Part shown: positions 1 to 10,321 of the stretch, one piece after another | Position numbering within the stretch: position 1 is the stretch's first letter | Layout of the letters: every line of letters begins with the position of its first letter | Assembly (NCBI GenBank): GCA_965645245.1 | Contig: OZ287087.1 | Coordinates: 1,302,001 to 1,366,000, forward strand | Origin: Massalongia carnosa | Lineage: Eukaryota | Reading direction: 5' to 3' | DNA: 64,000 nucleotides | Program-made: the position numbers and the translations under genes | Notes under the pieces: generated by a model | What the model was told of the DNA's origin: nothing | What the model saw: the letters and a program-made list of their open reading frames with translations, nothing else | Database searches by the model: none

Positions 1-12
1 CCACCATCTGGG

Positions 13-3000
13 TTGAAAACTCTCGATGGAACCCCCTTCCAGACTTATTTTGATCCTGCCCTGCGCGTCGGGGTTGTTGATGACAATGGTCTTGAGCGAG
101 TGGCCGAGCAGGCGTTCGTCGCGTCAGACATGTATGGGGTGGACATGATCCTGGGCTTGCCCTGGTTGGGTCATGCCAATCCATCCATCGGCTGGCGCGA
201 AAGGAGGATAATCCATGAAAGCCACCTCATTGAGGGTGAAGTACGAGATGACCTGCCAGGGGAACGTCCCGGGGTCACTGTAGGCGATGAGGAAACCCCT
301 CATCGAAGTATCAATCTCCCAGTAGTGGCAATGGTGAGTGAGCAGGAGATCTTTGACATCTGCGAATGCGAGGGCGTCGACGCATTCCTAATAGACATTC
401 GGGAAGTGCTCGGTGGGAGCCCGGAGTCGGAGTCAATAGTTGGTGCCATCTCTACGTCTAGCAATAAACTTCTGCCTCTGTATCAATCCTACAGTGACGT
501 CTGCTCCAATGAAAAAGCTTCAGTGCTACCAGAACGAGGGCCCCACGACCATAAAATCAATCTGGAAGGCGAACCACCCCCGACCCGGCCCATGTATAAC
601 CTCTCCCTCACCGAACTAGAAACCCTAAAAGACTACATCGACGACAACCTGGCAAAAGGGTATATTACCCATAGCACCTCACGACTAGGCGCGCCCGTCC
701 TATTCACCAAGAAGAAAGATGGTAGTCTACGTCTCTGTGTCGATTATCGGGCCCTAAATGCTGCTACGATTAAGAATAAGTACCCTCTACCCCTGATCCA
801 GGGGCTGTTCGACATCGTCAGCGGGTCGGCTATCTACACCAAGTTGGATTTGAGGGACGCATACAACACCCTCCGAATCGCCGCCGGGGACGAATGGAAG
901 ACGGCCTTCAGATGTAGATATGGCCATTTTGAGTATAGAGTCATGCCCTTCGGACTGGTCAATGCCCCCGCCTCCTTTCAAGCGTTCATTCACGAGGTGT
1001 TGAAAGAGAATCTCGACCAGTTCGTAGTAGTATATCTTGACGACATCCTCATCTTCTCCAAGACGGAAGAGGAGCATTCGGGCCACGTTCGATGGGTTCT
1101 GGATCAATTGCGGAAATGGAAACTACACGCAAAGTTATCGAAATGCACCTTCCACGCGTACGAGCTGGACTTCCTGGGCTACATACTCTCCCGAAAAGGC
1201 ATCGCCATGGACCCAGGACGAATTTTTACGGTGACGCAATGGCCGGAGCCGAAATCTCATCGAGAAGTTCAAGTCTTTCTTGGATTCGCCAACTTCTATA
1301 GACGCTTCATCAAAGGATTCTCGCGCATAGTGGCGCCAATCACTTCCTTGCTGAAAGGTGGGGACAAAGGCCGTTTCCGGGGGAAGTTCGTGTGGACGGA
1401 CAAGGCAAAGGGGGCTTTTGAGGCGTTAAAAATCGCGTTCACTAGCGCCCCAATGTTGCTGCATTTCGATCCTGCAAGGCGTATTAAGCTCGAGACGGAT
1501 GCGTCAGATTTCGCCCTATCAGGAATCCTCAGTCAACTAGTCGAAGAAACGGGCCAATGGCACCCGATCGCCTTCTGGTCCCGGAAAATGACCCCTGCAG
1601 AAATCAATTATGGGGTCGGGGAGAAGGAAATGTTAGCAATCGTGGAAGCGTGCAAAAATTGGAGACACTATCTTGAAGGGGCAAACTTCCCCGTCAAAGT
1701 GCTCACCGATCATGGAAACCTTCGCACCTTTTTCACAACCAAAACACTATCTAGACGCGAAGCGCGTTGGTGGGAAAGACTATCCAGTCTAGACCTACAG
1801 CTCGAGTACAGACCTGGTCGGAATAATCCGGCAGATGGACCCTCGCGACGCCCGGACTACGCAGGGCCAGGCTTGCATCGTCAAGACGAGGCCACGCTGC
1901 TGGGTCAGGGGGTCGTCGGGGGGGAAAGCGAGGTATATCAAACGAGAGCCTACGCATTAGTTTCTTCAGATGAAGTCGGTCAAGGGCCGAAGGAATCCTT
2001 CGTCTTCAACAATACTCCACCGGAGACGCGCACGGAATCCTCAATTGCTGTCGTAGGGATGGATACCACCCCGAATGCTGCACGGGCGTCGGATCCTGAT
2101 ATCCAGGCGGCAATGAGAAGGACCAAGGGGGGGAAGAAAAAGGGCAAAAAGCCTGCCCCTCCGAAGTCAGACGAGACCGCGGCTGACTCCAAGCCTGTGG
2201 GATTCCGACTCGTCGAGGCCGAGAGGGACTCGGACACATTAAGCCAGCGCATCCTAGACGTGACTGAGTCGGAAGCTGCCTTTGCATCGCCCCCCCTGGA
2301 ACTCAGCACCGTCCTTCGTATTCTTCAAGAGACTGATCACCTTGCGAAGCGAAGACGGCCCCTCGCCGCATCGTCGTTGCAGGGAGAGCTGGATCAGGAA
2401 AGGGATGGTCAGAGGCAGCCCACCGAGGGAATGGAGGGGGTCGCAGGAGACGACCTTCCTGCCGATGAGAAAGAAGACGGGCTCTGGCATCTCAAAGATG
2501 ACATCCTCTGTCGAAATAACAGGTGGTATATACCGCCTGGATTGCTGAGAAACGAACTGCTAAAAAGGAATCATGATGATCCAAACGCAGGGCATTTCGG
2601 TACCCTCAGAACGACAGAACTTCTCCAACGAAAATACTACTGGCCCCGAATGGTCCCTGATGTCAAGCACTACGTTGATACCTGTACTCGCTGTCATCAA
2701 GTCAAGGCAGTCAGGCATAGACCATTCGGCGAATTAGAATCCTTGCCAGTACCTCTGGGTCCAAGACAGAATTGGACACTAGATTTCATTACGGATTTGC
2801 CCCCGAGCATCCGCCGCACCCTTATTTTTGATGCAATACTAGTAATTGTTGACAGGTATACAAAGTACGCCCGATACATCGCGGCCAGGAAAGACTGGAC
2901 GGCGGAGAACCTTGCCGACGCCCTGGTAGAAGAAGTCTTCACCCGCTTTGGAATGCCGGTCTCGCTGGTGACCGACAGGGGAAGCCTGTTCACCTCGAAT

Positions 3001-3867
3001 TTCTGGTCCAACTTTTGCTATCATCTGAGGGTACGGCTCAATTACAGTGCGGCCTTTCACCCCCAGACCGACGGGCAAACGGAACGTCAAAACCAGACGT
3101 TGGAACAGTACCTTCGTTGCTACGTCAATTATCAACAAGACGACTGGGTGTACTGGCTACCGATGGCAGAATACGCCTACAACAACAGTCGGCATAGCGT
3201 ACTGAAAATGTCCCCATTCGAGGCCCTTTTCGGAGAGGCACCGAGGTGGGAGGAGGAAATAACGAAAACCGAAAAGGAAACGCCAGCAGCGAAAAACAGG
3301 GCGATAGAAACGCTCGAAAAGAGACGTCGTCTCGAAACTCTGCTGCAAAAAGCATCATCAGATCAAGCTAAGTACTACAATCAGAAGCACACCCCGATGA
3401 CCTATCGGGTCAAGGACAAGGTACTACTTAATGCTAAAAACATCTCATCTACTAGGCCTTCAAAGAAACTGGACTATAAATACTACGGTCCTTATGAGAT
3501 AACCAAGGTTATAGGAAAGCAAACGTATCGTCTGAAACTACCGCCGCTACTAAAAGGCGTCCACGACGTCTTTCACGTCAACCTTCTAGAACCATACAAT
3601 GAAGACTCAGCAAGAGGTCCTGAGCTCCCCCCGGCCATCGAGGTCGACGGCGAGGAGCAATACGAGGTGGAGGAGGTACTGAGCAGTCGAATCCGATACG
3701 GGAAACTGCAATATCTGGTCAAATGGAAAGGATATCCGGATTTGGACAATCAATGGCTGTCATTGGAAGACATGGAAGGGTCACAAGACCTAATTAGGAT
3801 TTATCATCGGACATACCCATCGAACCCGTCGAAAAGCGGGGAAAAGAGAAGAAAGATAAGCAAATAG
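13..3867 (+). CDS. pol: Gypsy Pol polyprotein (protease C-terminal part, RT, RNase H, integrase, chromodomain); 5'-partial
   Basis: DMILGLPWL; LCVDYRALN, YLDDILIFS (RT); ETDASDFA (RNase H); H-H-C-C zinc finger, VTDRGSLF, QTDGQTERQNQ (integrase); YEVEEVL...YLVKWKGY (chromodomain). No internal stops. Confidence 0.95.
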   Translation: MKTLDGTPFQTYFDPALRVGVVDDNGLERVAEQAFVASDMYGVDMILGLPWLGHANPSIGWRERRIIHESHLIEGEVRDDLPGERPGVTVGDEETPHRSINLPVVAMVSEQEIFDICECEGVDAFLIDIREVLGGSPESESIVGAISTSSNKLLPLYQSYSDVCSNEKASVLPERGPHDHKINLEGEPPPTRPMYNLSLTELETLKDYIDDNLAKGYITHSTSRLGAPVLFTKKKDGSLRLCVDYRALNAATIKNKYPLPLIQGLFDIVSGSAIYTKLDLRDAYNTLRIAAGDEWKTAFRCRYGHFEYRVMPFGLVNAPASFQAFIHEVLKENLDQFVVVYLDDILIFSKTEEEHSGHVRWVLDQLRKWKLHAKLSKCTFHAYELDFLGYILSRKGIAMDPGRIFTVTQWPEPKSHREVQVFLGFANFYRRFIKGFSRIVAPITSLLKGGDKGRFRGKFVWTDKAKGAFEALKIAFTSAPMLLHFDPARRIKLETDASDFALSGILSQLVEETGQWHPIAFWSRKMTPAEINYGVGEKEMLAIVEACKNWRHYLEGANFPVKVLTDHGNLRTFFTTKTLSRREARWWERLSSLDLQLEYRPGRNNPADGPSRRPDYAGPGLHRQDEATLLGQGVVGGESEVYQTRAYALVSSDEVGQGPKESFVFNNTPPETRTESSIAVVGMDTTPNAARASDPDIQAAMRRTKGGKKKGKKPAPPKSDETAADSKPVGFRLVEAERDSDTLSQRILDVTESEAAFASPPLELSTVLRILQETDHLAKRRRPLAASSLQGELDQERDGQRQPTEGMEGVAGDDLPADEKEDGLWHLKDDILCRNNRWYIPPGLLRNELLKRNHDDPNAGHFGTLRTTELLQRKYYWPRMVPDVKHYVDTCTRCHQVKAVRHRPFGELESLPVPLGPRQNWTLDFITDLPPSIRRTLIFDAILVIVDRYTKYARYIAARKDWTAENLADALVEEVFTRFGMPVSLVTDRGSLFTSNFWSNFCYHLRVRLNYSAAFHPQTDGQTERQNQTLEQYLRCYVNYQQDDWVYWLPMAEYAYNNSRHSVLKMSPFEALFGEAPRWEEEITKTEKETPAAKNRAIETLEKRRRLETLLQKASSDQAKYYNQKHTPMTYRVKDKVLLNAKNISSTRPSKKLDYKYYGPYEITKVIGKQTYRLKLPPLLKGVHDVFHVNLLEPYNEDSARGPELPPAIEVDGEEQYEVEEVLSSRIRYGKLQYLVKWKGYPDLDNQWLSLEDMEGSQDLIRIYHRTYPSNPSKSGEKRRKISK

Positions 3868-3967
3868 ATCTTTTCCCATACCGGGCATACGAAAAATATA
3901 ATCTTATCTTATCGACCTAAGACACAGTTAAGTAAACAGCTTTGATTATTGCTAAAAAGAAAGCTAG

Positions 3968-4527
3968 CTACCCCTCATGATCCGACACCTGTTCCTCACC
4001 CTCCGGGACGGTCACGGGAAGCCCCTTTTCCCACCGAAGTAGGGCGTCGGTCTCAAAGGCCTGCCGTCGGATCTGCGCAAGGGCATCTAGTCCCTCCACG
4101 CTGTCGGTTTTCAAGGCCTTGGCACGGGCGCGCTCCCAAATGGCCACACGGGCGACATATCGCTCATGCTTGGCAGCGAGAGCAGCGAACCGGGCCCGAT
4201 TTGGGGTCGGCAGGTTGTTGATGGCGGTTGCCTCTTACAGCAACCGAAGGACCGTCCGCCGAAAAGGAACTGGGATCGGGCGACAAACCTCCTTTCGACG
4301 AATGCAATCAGCGCACTTCCCCGAGGCTGGTTATCGGTGGTGCAGTTGAAATTAAGTTCAGGATTGTGTTGGGAACACCGATGGCAGAGAGAAGCCTCCG
4401 AAGTGGGGCCGACCCATTTGGGAGGCACCCGCACCGCTGCAGCAGGGGGAGGAAAGTCGGGCAAATGGACATCGTACGCTCGGGGTGGCCGACGGCGACT
4501 GGCGGCGGGGGGTGGTACATCAGACAT
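3968..4527 (-). pseudogene. Antisense accessory ORF of Gypsy A with a six-Cys (Zn2Cys6-like) motif; one frameshift and one premature stop
   Basis: ATG at 4527. Adding one base to the C-run at 4319-4322 gives CHRC-x10-C-x8-CADC-x6-C. The frame then runs through a single TAA (4235-4237) to TAG at 3968, ~186 aa in total. Confidence 0.6.
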
Positions 4528-4732
4528 AATTGGGAAATTGGAGGATTGAACTGATGAAAAGTAAGTCATGGATTGGGGACTACTGAGGGGAGATAGACAG
4601 GCCACGTGGCTATTTATGCTCGAATTACTGGCATTACGAGGGCATCCGACAACAAAGAATATCACCAACAACGAAAAGAAGATATCACGTGAGTCGAAGC
4701 CTCCTGCGACATGAGCCCTAGGGGGAGGATAA

Positions 4733-5109
4733 TGTCAGGACCTGCCATAGAGACTACGGAGAAGGATACGGAAAAGGGGCATCAGCATGGACTCGGCCGC
4801 CGAACCCGGCTCGACCCTAATGGGCTGATTCCCCTGTCGGCCACATGCCGTCTCAGGGGGACGGCTGGCGAGGAGGACGGCTGGAAACCCATGTAGGATG
4901 GCACTAACCGCCCAAAGGGGCCGGGAGCCATTTGGACCAATCAGATAGCTGGGGGCTATCTGATAAGGGAGTCTTAGGGGGAGACACGTCTGTAGCATAA
5001 AGAGGTCGATGCCCACCTTATTCTAAGGGCATAGATCAATAACATACATTATTGAGACACCCCATTCACGTGACCAACACGCCCTCTGAGTAGAAGCATA
5101 CGTCTTACA
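4733..5109 (+). repeat. 3' LTR of Gypsy A (377 bp)
   Basis: Starts with TG right after the PPT and ends with CA. Imperfect terminal inverted repeats TGTCAG/CTTACA. Composition switches abruptly to AT-rich after 5109. Confidence 0.8.
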
Positions 5110-6312
5110 GGTATGATGAAAATAAATTCGAAGATTTGATATGTTGATAAACTTTGTGCTCGAAATCGTCTGAACAAAATGAATAAAATAATCTGTTGAA
5201 GATGAGAATGAGACAATTTTTATGTTTTTTCGATGTCGTTTAATCGTCATGATCTCGATTTCGAATGATCTTCGAACAAGAATGCGATATTTTTCGAATT
5301 TCATGTTTATGATAAATTCATTCGTTTTTATCGACAATTCGACGTAGTTCAATTCTTGAAACTGCTCGCTTATTTTCACAATCTTTTTCAAACAGGATTA
5401 ACTTGTTATCGAGACGAAATTCGAGTTCGCTGATTGATTCGATTTGAATCTTCGTTTATCAGAATCGTGACGTCATTATGTTAAATTCTCGATCGTCTTC
5501 ATCGTGTCGCAGATTATTCGAATTCGTTTTTTCTTTTATATTCAATTTCGCTCGTTCAGATGTGATTTGTTCGCATCTTCATTTTCTGTCAAAATCAAAT
5601 GAATGCTCACGTTTTTTTCAATCTTTTTCGTCTTTCTCGTGTCTCTTTATGTTGATTTTCGCTGTTTTGCTGTTTCTGTTTTCTGTCGTTATTTTCTGTT
5701 TTTAGTCAATGTCGCTGTATGTCTATCATCAATTTCTCATGTCTGTCGACTTTCTATCGTTTCTGCTTTCTACTTTCAGTCAAATAAAAATCGCATCGTG
5801 ATCGTCAAATGTAAAAGAATGAATTGAGTGATATGGATATGCGTGATTCACTATAATTAAGAATGCAGAAGAACAGAACAAACAAAAGATAGAACAAAAA
5901 GTCTGATATGATAAATGAATAAAATGATCACTGCATGCCTCGCGTCTCGTGTCTCGTGTCTCGTGTCTCGCGATTTCAATTGCTTTATGTGAGCTGTATG
6001 TGTAGCTATGCTACTGTATATTGATGATGTTTTATGAAAAAGATGACCTCTCTATATATGAAATAACTCCGTCACCTGACGCCTTAATCGAGACCCTCGT
6101 CGAGGTCACATCGGACAAATCTTGTTCCGATCCTTGCTTGCAGTCTAGAGATTTTTGAGCGATCACCGCTTAATTCTTCTACAGCGTCACCTGACTTTTC
6201 AATCCTGCGAATTAAAAGATATAATACATAATCTCGCGATTAAGTTTTATTTTACTATAATTGATGTTCACGTTATCTTCGCTGTATATGTTGTCATTCG
6301 ATCGTTCACGAT
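5110..6312. other. AT-rich degenerate relic (hypermutated old repeat)
   Basis: Low GC, almost no CC/GG dinucleotides in 5110-5930, no credible ORF. Confidence 0.6.
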
Positions 6313-7331
6313 TGTAATACGGATGGCGCTAGAAGGATACGTGATCGCCTACGGCGGTTGCGGGATTAACTAGCATGAGCCAGGCCGTAGTACTTAGTCG
6401 CACAGCCGTCGAGGTTGACACGACGCCACCTTCCCATACAACTCCGAATCCTACGTTCTAGACTCCTTACAGATCAAACACCTGTCGAGGCCGTGGTGGT
6501 AGATTGCCATGGAGTAAGGCGAACTCCTGTGGAGAAGCCGTGAACTCTATATGGGATCTACTGGCCTACTCGGAGCTACTCGATCTCTTGATGGATCAAG
6601 AGTTGTAGCAGGAGGCACGGCTAGCTGGACGCAGCTTGAGCTCGGCCTCCCCGGTGTAAACTTCAGCTTCCACCTTTATTGCTACGTTGGTAGTGATGTC
6701 GACTGAGTGAACCTACATGACCTTGTGGTCTAGACCTTGTGTCTAGAGGCAGGTCCGCAGTGTAGATAGAGATTCAGTCGGAGGTAACCTTCCATCGCTA
6801 CGTTGGTAGTGGTGACGGCGAAATGAAGCTACATAGCCTCGGCGTCTAGACTTTATGTTTAGAGGCGGGCTAGCAATGTAGTGAGGGATCTAGCCGGAGG
6901 TAGAAGTGTTCTACCTTGCAAGGGAAGGTCTAGAAGGCTGCTCGAGGCTGACTAGATGATCCAGCGAACGCCGAGTTCGTAGATGGATCCTGAGGGATGG
7001 TTAGATGTAAGGCGATAAGGTCAGAATTGGGTTGCAAGGCTCCTAAGGTTCCAAGGCTCCCAAGGCTATAGGCTTGGGGTGAGTAGGATAAATACCAGAA
7101 CGAATCCTGTAGTATTCGTTAGCAATTAGTCTTTATTCTATGAACAACCTACGTTTGGGTCTCGGACGAGATCTCTTGGTCTAAGCACTTCCACATCCAT
7201 TAGTTCTTTGGATCACGTATACTCTCGGAGACTAGCACGTAGTAGCTATCTTCCTCCTCTCACGCTGAGCATTTCCCCTTTCGAGATCAGTGTCGCTCGT
7301 GATAAGCTTACTGGTCTCGTAGCCCATTACA
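6313..7331 (+). repeat. 5' LTR of Gypsy B
   Basis: TGTAATACGG...CCCATTACA, near-identical to 13608-14626. Confidence 0.97.
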
Positions 7332-7334
7332 ATT

Positions 7335-7343
7335 CTAATTGCT
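7335..7343 (+). promoter_or_regulatory. Self-priming primer-binding site (Tf1-type)
   Basis: CTAATTGCT is the reverse complement of AGCAATTAG (7121-7129), which lies ~27 nt downstream of a TATA-like ATAAATA in the LTR. Confidence 0.7.
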
Positions 7344-7421
7344 CTCATACCCTACGGGTCAGCCAGCCCGTTTGGAGGAAGCTTAGCTAGTGGAGCCATC
7401 TGTTTTTGAACTCCGCAAACG

Positions 7422-8573
7422 ATGTCATCAAACTCTCGCCTTCGCAGGAATGTTCGGCAAGGTCCAACAAGATCTCCCCAGGCAGAAGATATTTCAATGC
7501 CCGCGGAAGATACGCCGACACCAAGTACTGAGGAAGCTACGGGTCCTGCTAAATACACAGAGGAAGATCTGCAGAGAATCACAAAGCTCTGCATGGAGTC
7601 GTTCCTCCAGGCACAAGGTAGTCGACATGAAGGCCCCCGAGAAGGTCAGTTGAAAGCTTGGTTCCCGGATCTCTACTATGGAAAGTCCCATATGGAGTGT
7701 TACCATTTCTGCCAACAATGCGAAGACCACTTTGACACCGCCGGCGCCACCGGGTCAAACCGTACACCCTTTGCCGCATCTTTCCTTCGTGGCCGGATTA
7801 GCTTTCGTTGGCACCAGCACAAACGTCGAACCCATGGCGAAGAGGTAGGACCTTTGTCTTGGACCGAGTTCAAGGCTTTCCTTCGGAAGAATCTTGGGGA
7901 TTCCAGGGCTTTTGTGGACGCAACCTGGAGTAGGATCAAGCGGGACTCCCAGTATCAACAAGAAGAAGTTCAGGATTGGGCTTCTCACCTGGAACATATG
8001 CAATCTATACTCCTGGAGTTTGATGCTGAGGGAGCTCCAGAGGAGTCGGACCTTATCCGGTTCTTTCGTGAAGGCCTCAAGCCTTCGATAAAGGCCCAGA
8101 TGGAACAACGAGGAAGGGAACTAGACAGTTGGGAGGAGCTGGTCGAAAAAGCGATCGATGCTGAGGCAAAAGCTAGCCTGCAGCCGCAATCGATCATCCG
8201 TGAGATGGATCAGCGTTGTCCACATGGAAACCGGCCCGCTCATGCTACTGTGGCCAAACCCCAGACCTCTACTCGAGACCCTCGAGACGAGCCTAGCGAA
8301 AAGCCCAAACCGTCGGGTCCGAAGCAATCAAACTCCTCGCGCCCAGAGAACAGCGAGATTGCTGACAAGAAAACTCGGAGAGAAAAGAAAAGGCAGCGAC
8401 GTCTTGATCAAGCTCGAGATCGGAAAGGCTCGGAGTCGACTCCGGCCACCGGTGCCAACACTTCCAGCGGCACCAGCAAGGACTTGTCCCAAATCACCTG
8501 CTTCAACTGCAACAAGAAGGGACACTACTCAAGTACTTGTCGCGAGTCCAAGAAGGACGCCTCAAAAAACTAG
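7422..8573 (+). CDS. gag: Gag of Gypsy B with CCHC zinc knuckle
   Basis: CFNCNKKGHYSSTC knuckle. Ends at slippery heptamer AAAAAAC (8564-8570), with pol in the -1 frame. Confidence 0.92.
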   Translation: MSSNSRLRRNVRQGPTRSPQAEDISMPAEDTPTPSTEEATGPAKYTEEDLQRITKLCMESFLQAQGSRHEGPREGQLKAWFPDLYYGKSHMECYHFCQQCEDHFDTAGATGSNRTPFAASFLRGRISFRWHQHKRRTHGEEVGPLSWTEFKAFLRKNLGDSRAFVDATWSRIKRDSQYQQEEVQDWASHLEHMQSILLEFDAEGAPEESDLIRFFREGLKPSIKAQMEQRGRELDSWEELVEKAIDAEAKASLQPQSIIREMDQRCPHGNRPAHATVAKPQTSTRDPRDEPSEKPKPSGPKQSNSSRPENSEIADKKTRREKKRQRRLDQARDRKGSESTPATGANTSSGTSKDLSQITCFNCNKKGHYSSTCRESKKDASKN

Positions 8574-10321
8574 TATCGGTCTTGGCAACCTCCGCGCCTC
8601 CGACTGAAACTAGTAAGGAGGCTAATCTTGAGCGGGTTCCTTGTATTAGATATCCGGTCCGTTTGAGGAAGGATCAAGACGAGATACAGGCTTTGATAGA
8701 TTCGGGCAGCGAGGTCAACGCAATGCACCCCGCTTATGCCGCGAAACTAGGGCTTCGTGTTAGGGAAACAGATGTTGGGGCGCAAAAGATTGATAGATCT
8801 CACCTGGATACCTTCGGTATGGTTATCGCAGGGTTCGCGGTCAAGGAGAAGCTAGGGAAGGTTCGATTCTTCCAGGAAACCTTCTTGTTGGCTAATATTA
8901 GCCTGGATGTGGTCCTTGGGATGCCTTTTCTTACACTCAGCAGTGCGGATATACAGTTCGCAGAGCGAGAGCTCGCCTGGAGAACCTACACAGCTGCCGA
9001 GGCTTTACCAACAACCAGACGTGTGGAGATCATCAATAAGGAAGAATTCGCGGCGGCGGTCCTTGGAGGAGACGATGAGGCATATGTGGTGCATGTAATG
9101 GCCGTAAGCAAGCCATCGTCCATGCCGATCCACGCCTCTCGTCAGGCCCAAGTAGCCTCGCTAGTGAGCGAGGAGGCCAAGATCCCCGTTGAATATTCCG
9201 ACTTCTCTGACGTCTTCTCCCCTGACTCCGCAGTAGAGCTACCGGAGCACACCGGCATTAACGACCATCCTATCGACCTAGTAGATGGTAAGCAGCCACC
9301 TTATGGCCCAATCTACAGCCTAGGTCCTGTGGAACTAGAGACACTGAAAACCTATATCGAAACCAACCTAGCCAGCGGTTTTATTAGGCCTTCCCAGTCT
9401 CCGGCTGGTGCTCCGATACTGTTCATCCGCAAGAAGGACGGTAGTCTCCGCCTGTGTGTGGATTATCGAGGACTCAATACCCTGATGATCAAGAATCGGT
9501 ACCCGTTACCCTTGATCGGAGAGTCGCTTGATCGACTAGGCCGTGCCAAGCGATTTACCCATCTGGATCTCACGAATGCGTATCATCGGATGCGAATTCG
9601 AGAAGGTGACGAATGGAAGACGGCCTTCAGGACTCGATATGGCCACTTCGAGTATCAGGTTATGCCCTTCGGCCTTTCCAATTGCCCAGCTAGTTTTCAG
9701 GGCTATATCAACAAAAGTCTAGCAGAGAAACTCGACATCTTCGTCATCGTATACTTAGATGACATCCTGATCTATACCGAGGACTCAGGCCAAGGCCACG
9801 TTGAGGCTGTTAAGTGGGTCTTGGAGAACCTCCGAAAAAACGGACTTTTTGCCAATCTAAAGAAGTGCCGTTTTCATCAGGATGAGGTTCGCTTCCTAGG
9901 CTACGTTGTCTCTGGCCAAGGAATTCGTATGGAAGAGGAAAGGATTGAAGCTGTCAAGAACTGGCCAGAACCCAAGTCAGTACGAGACGTCCAGGTGTTT
10001 ATGGGATTCGCCAACTTCTACCGGCGGTTCATCCGGGGGTTCAGCAAGATTGCTGCTCCACTCACCTCGATGCTCAAAACAAACTTGGTAGCCAACACTG
10101 GGCCATCCCCAAAGGCAAGGCGTGGAGAGGAAGGATCTTGTTTCCTAACTCCTGCCGCTAAGTTAGCCTTTGCCCAATTAAAGCAGGCGTTCACTGAGGC
10201 ACCGATCCTCCGACATTTTGACCCTGAGCGCCACATCCGACTTGAGACGGACGCCTCGGGTTACGCCATAGGTGGCGTTCTTAGCCAGCTGGATATCGAA
10301 ACCGGCCAATGGCACCCAGTA

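Larger units (their letters stand above)
1..5109 (+). mobile_element. Ty3/Gypsy chromovirus LTR retrotransposon A (5' part outside window)
   Basis: Open pol ORF 13..3867, polypurine tract AGGGGGAGGA at ~4720-4729, then a 3' LTR TGTCAGG...CTTACA. Confidence 0.93.

Noticed and set aside
787..3358. Many small alternative-frame and antisense ORFs overlapping pol
   Set aside because: Shadow ORFs of a GC-rich coding sequence, without motifs.
5941..5972. (GTCTCGT)n 7-bp repeat
   Set aside because: Short simple repeat with no further context.
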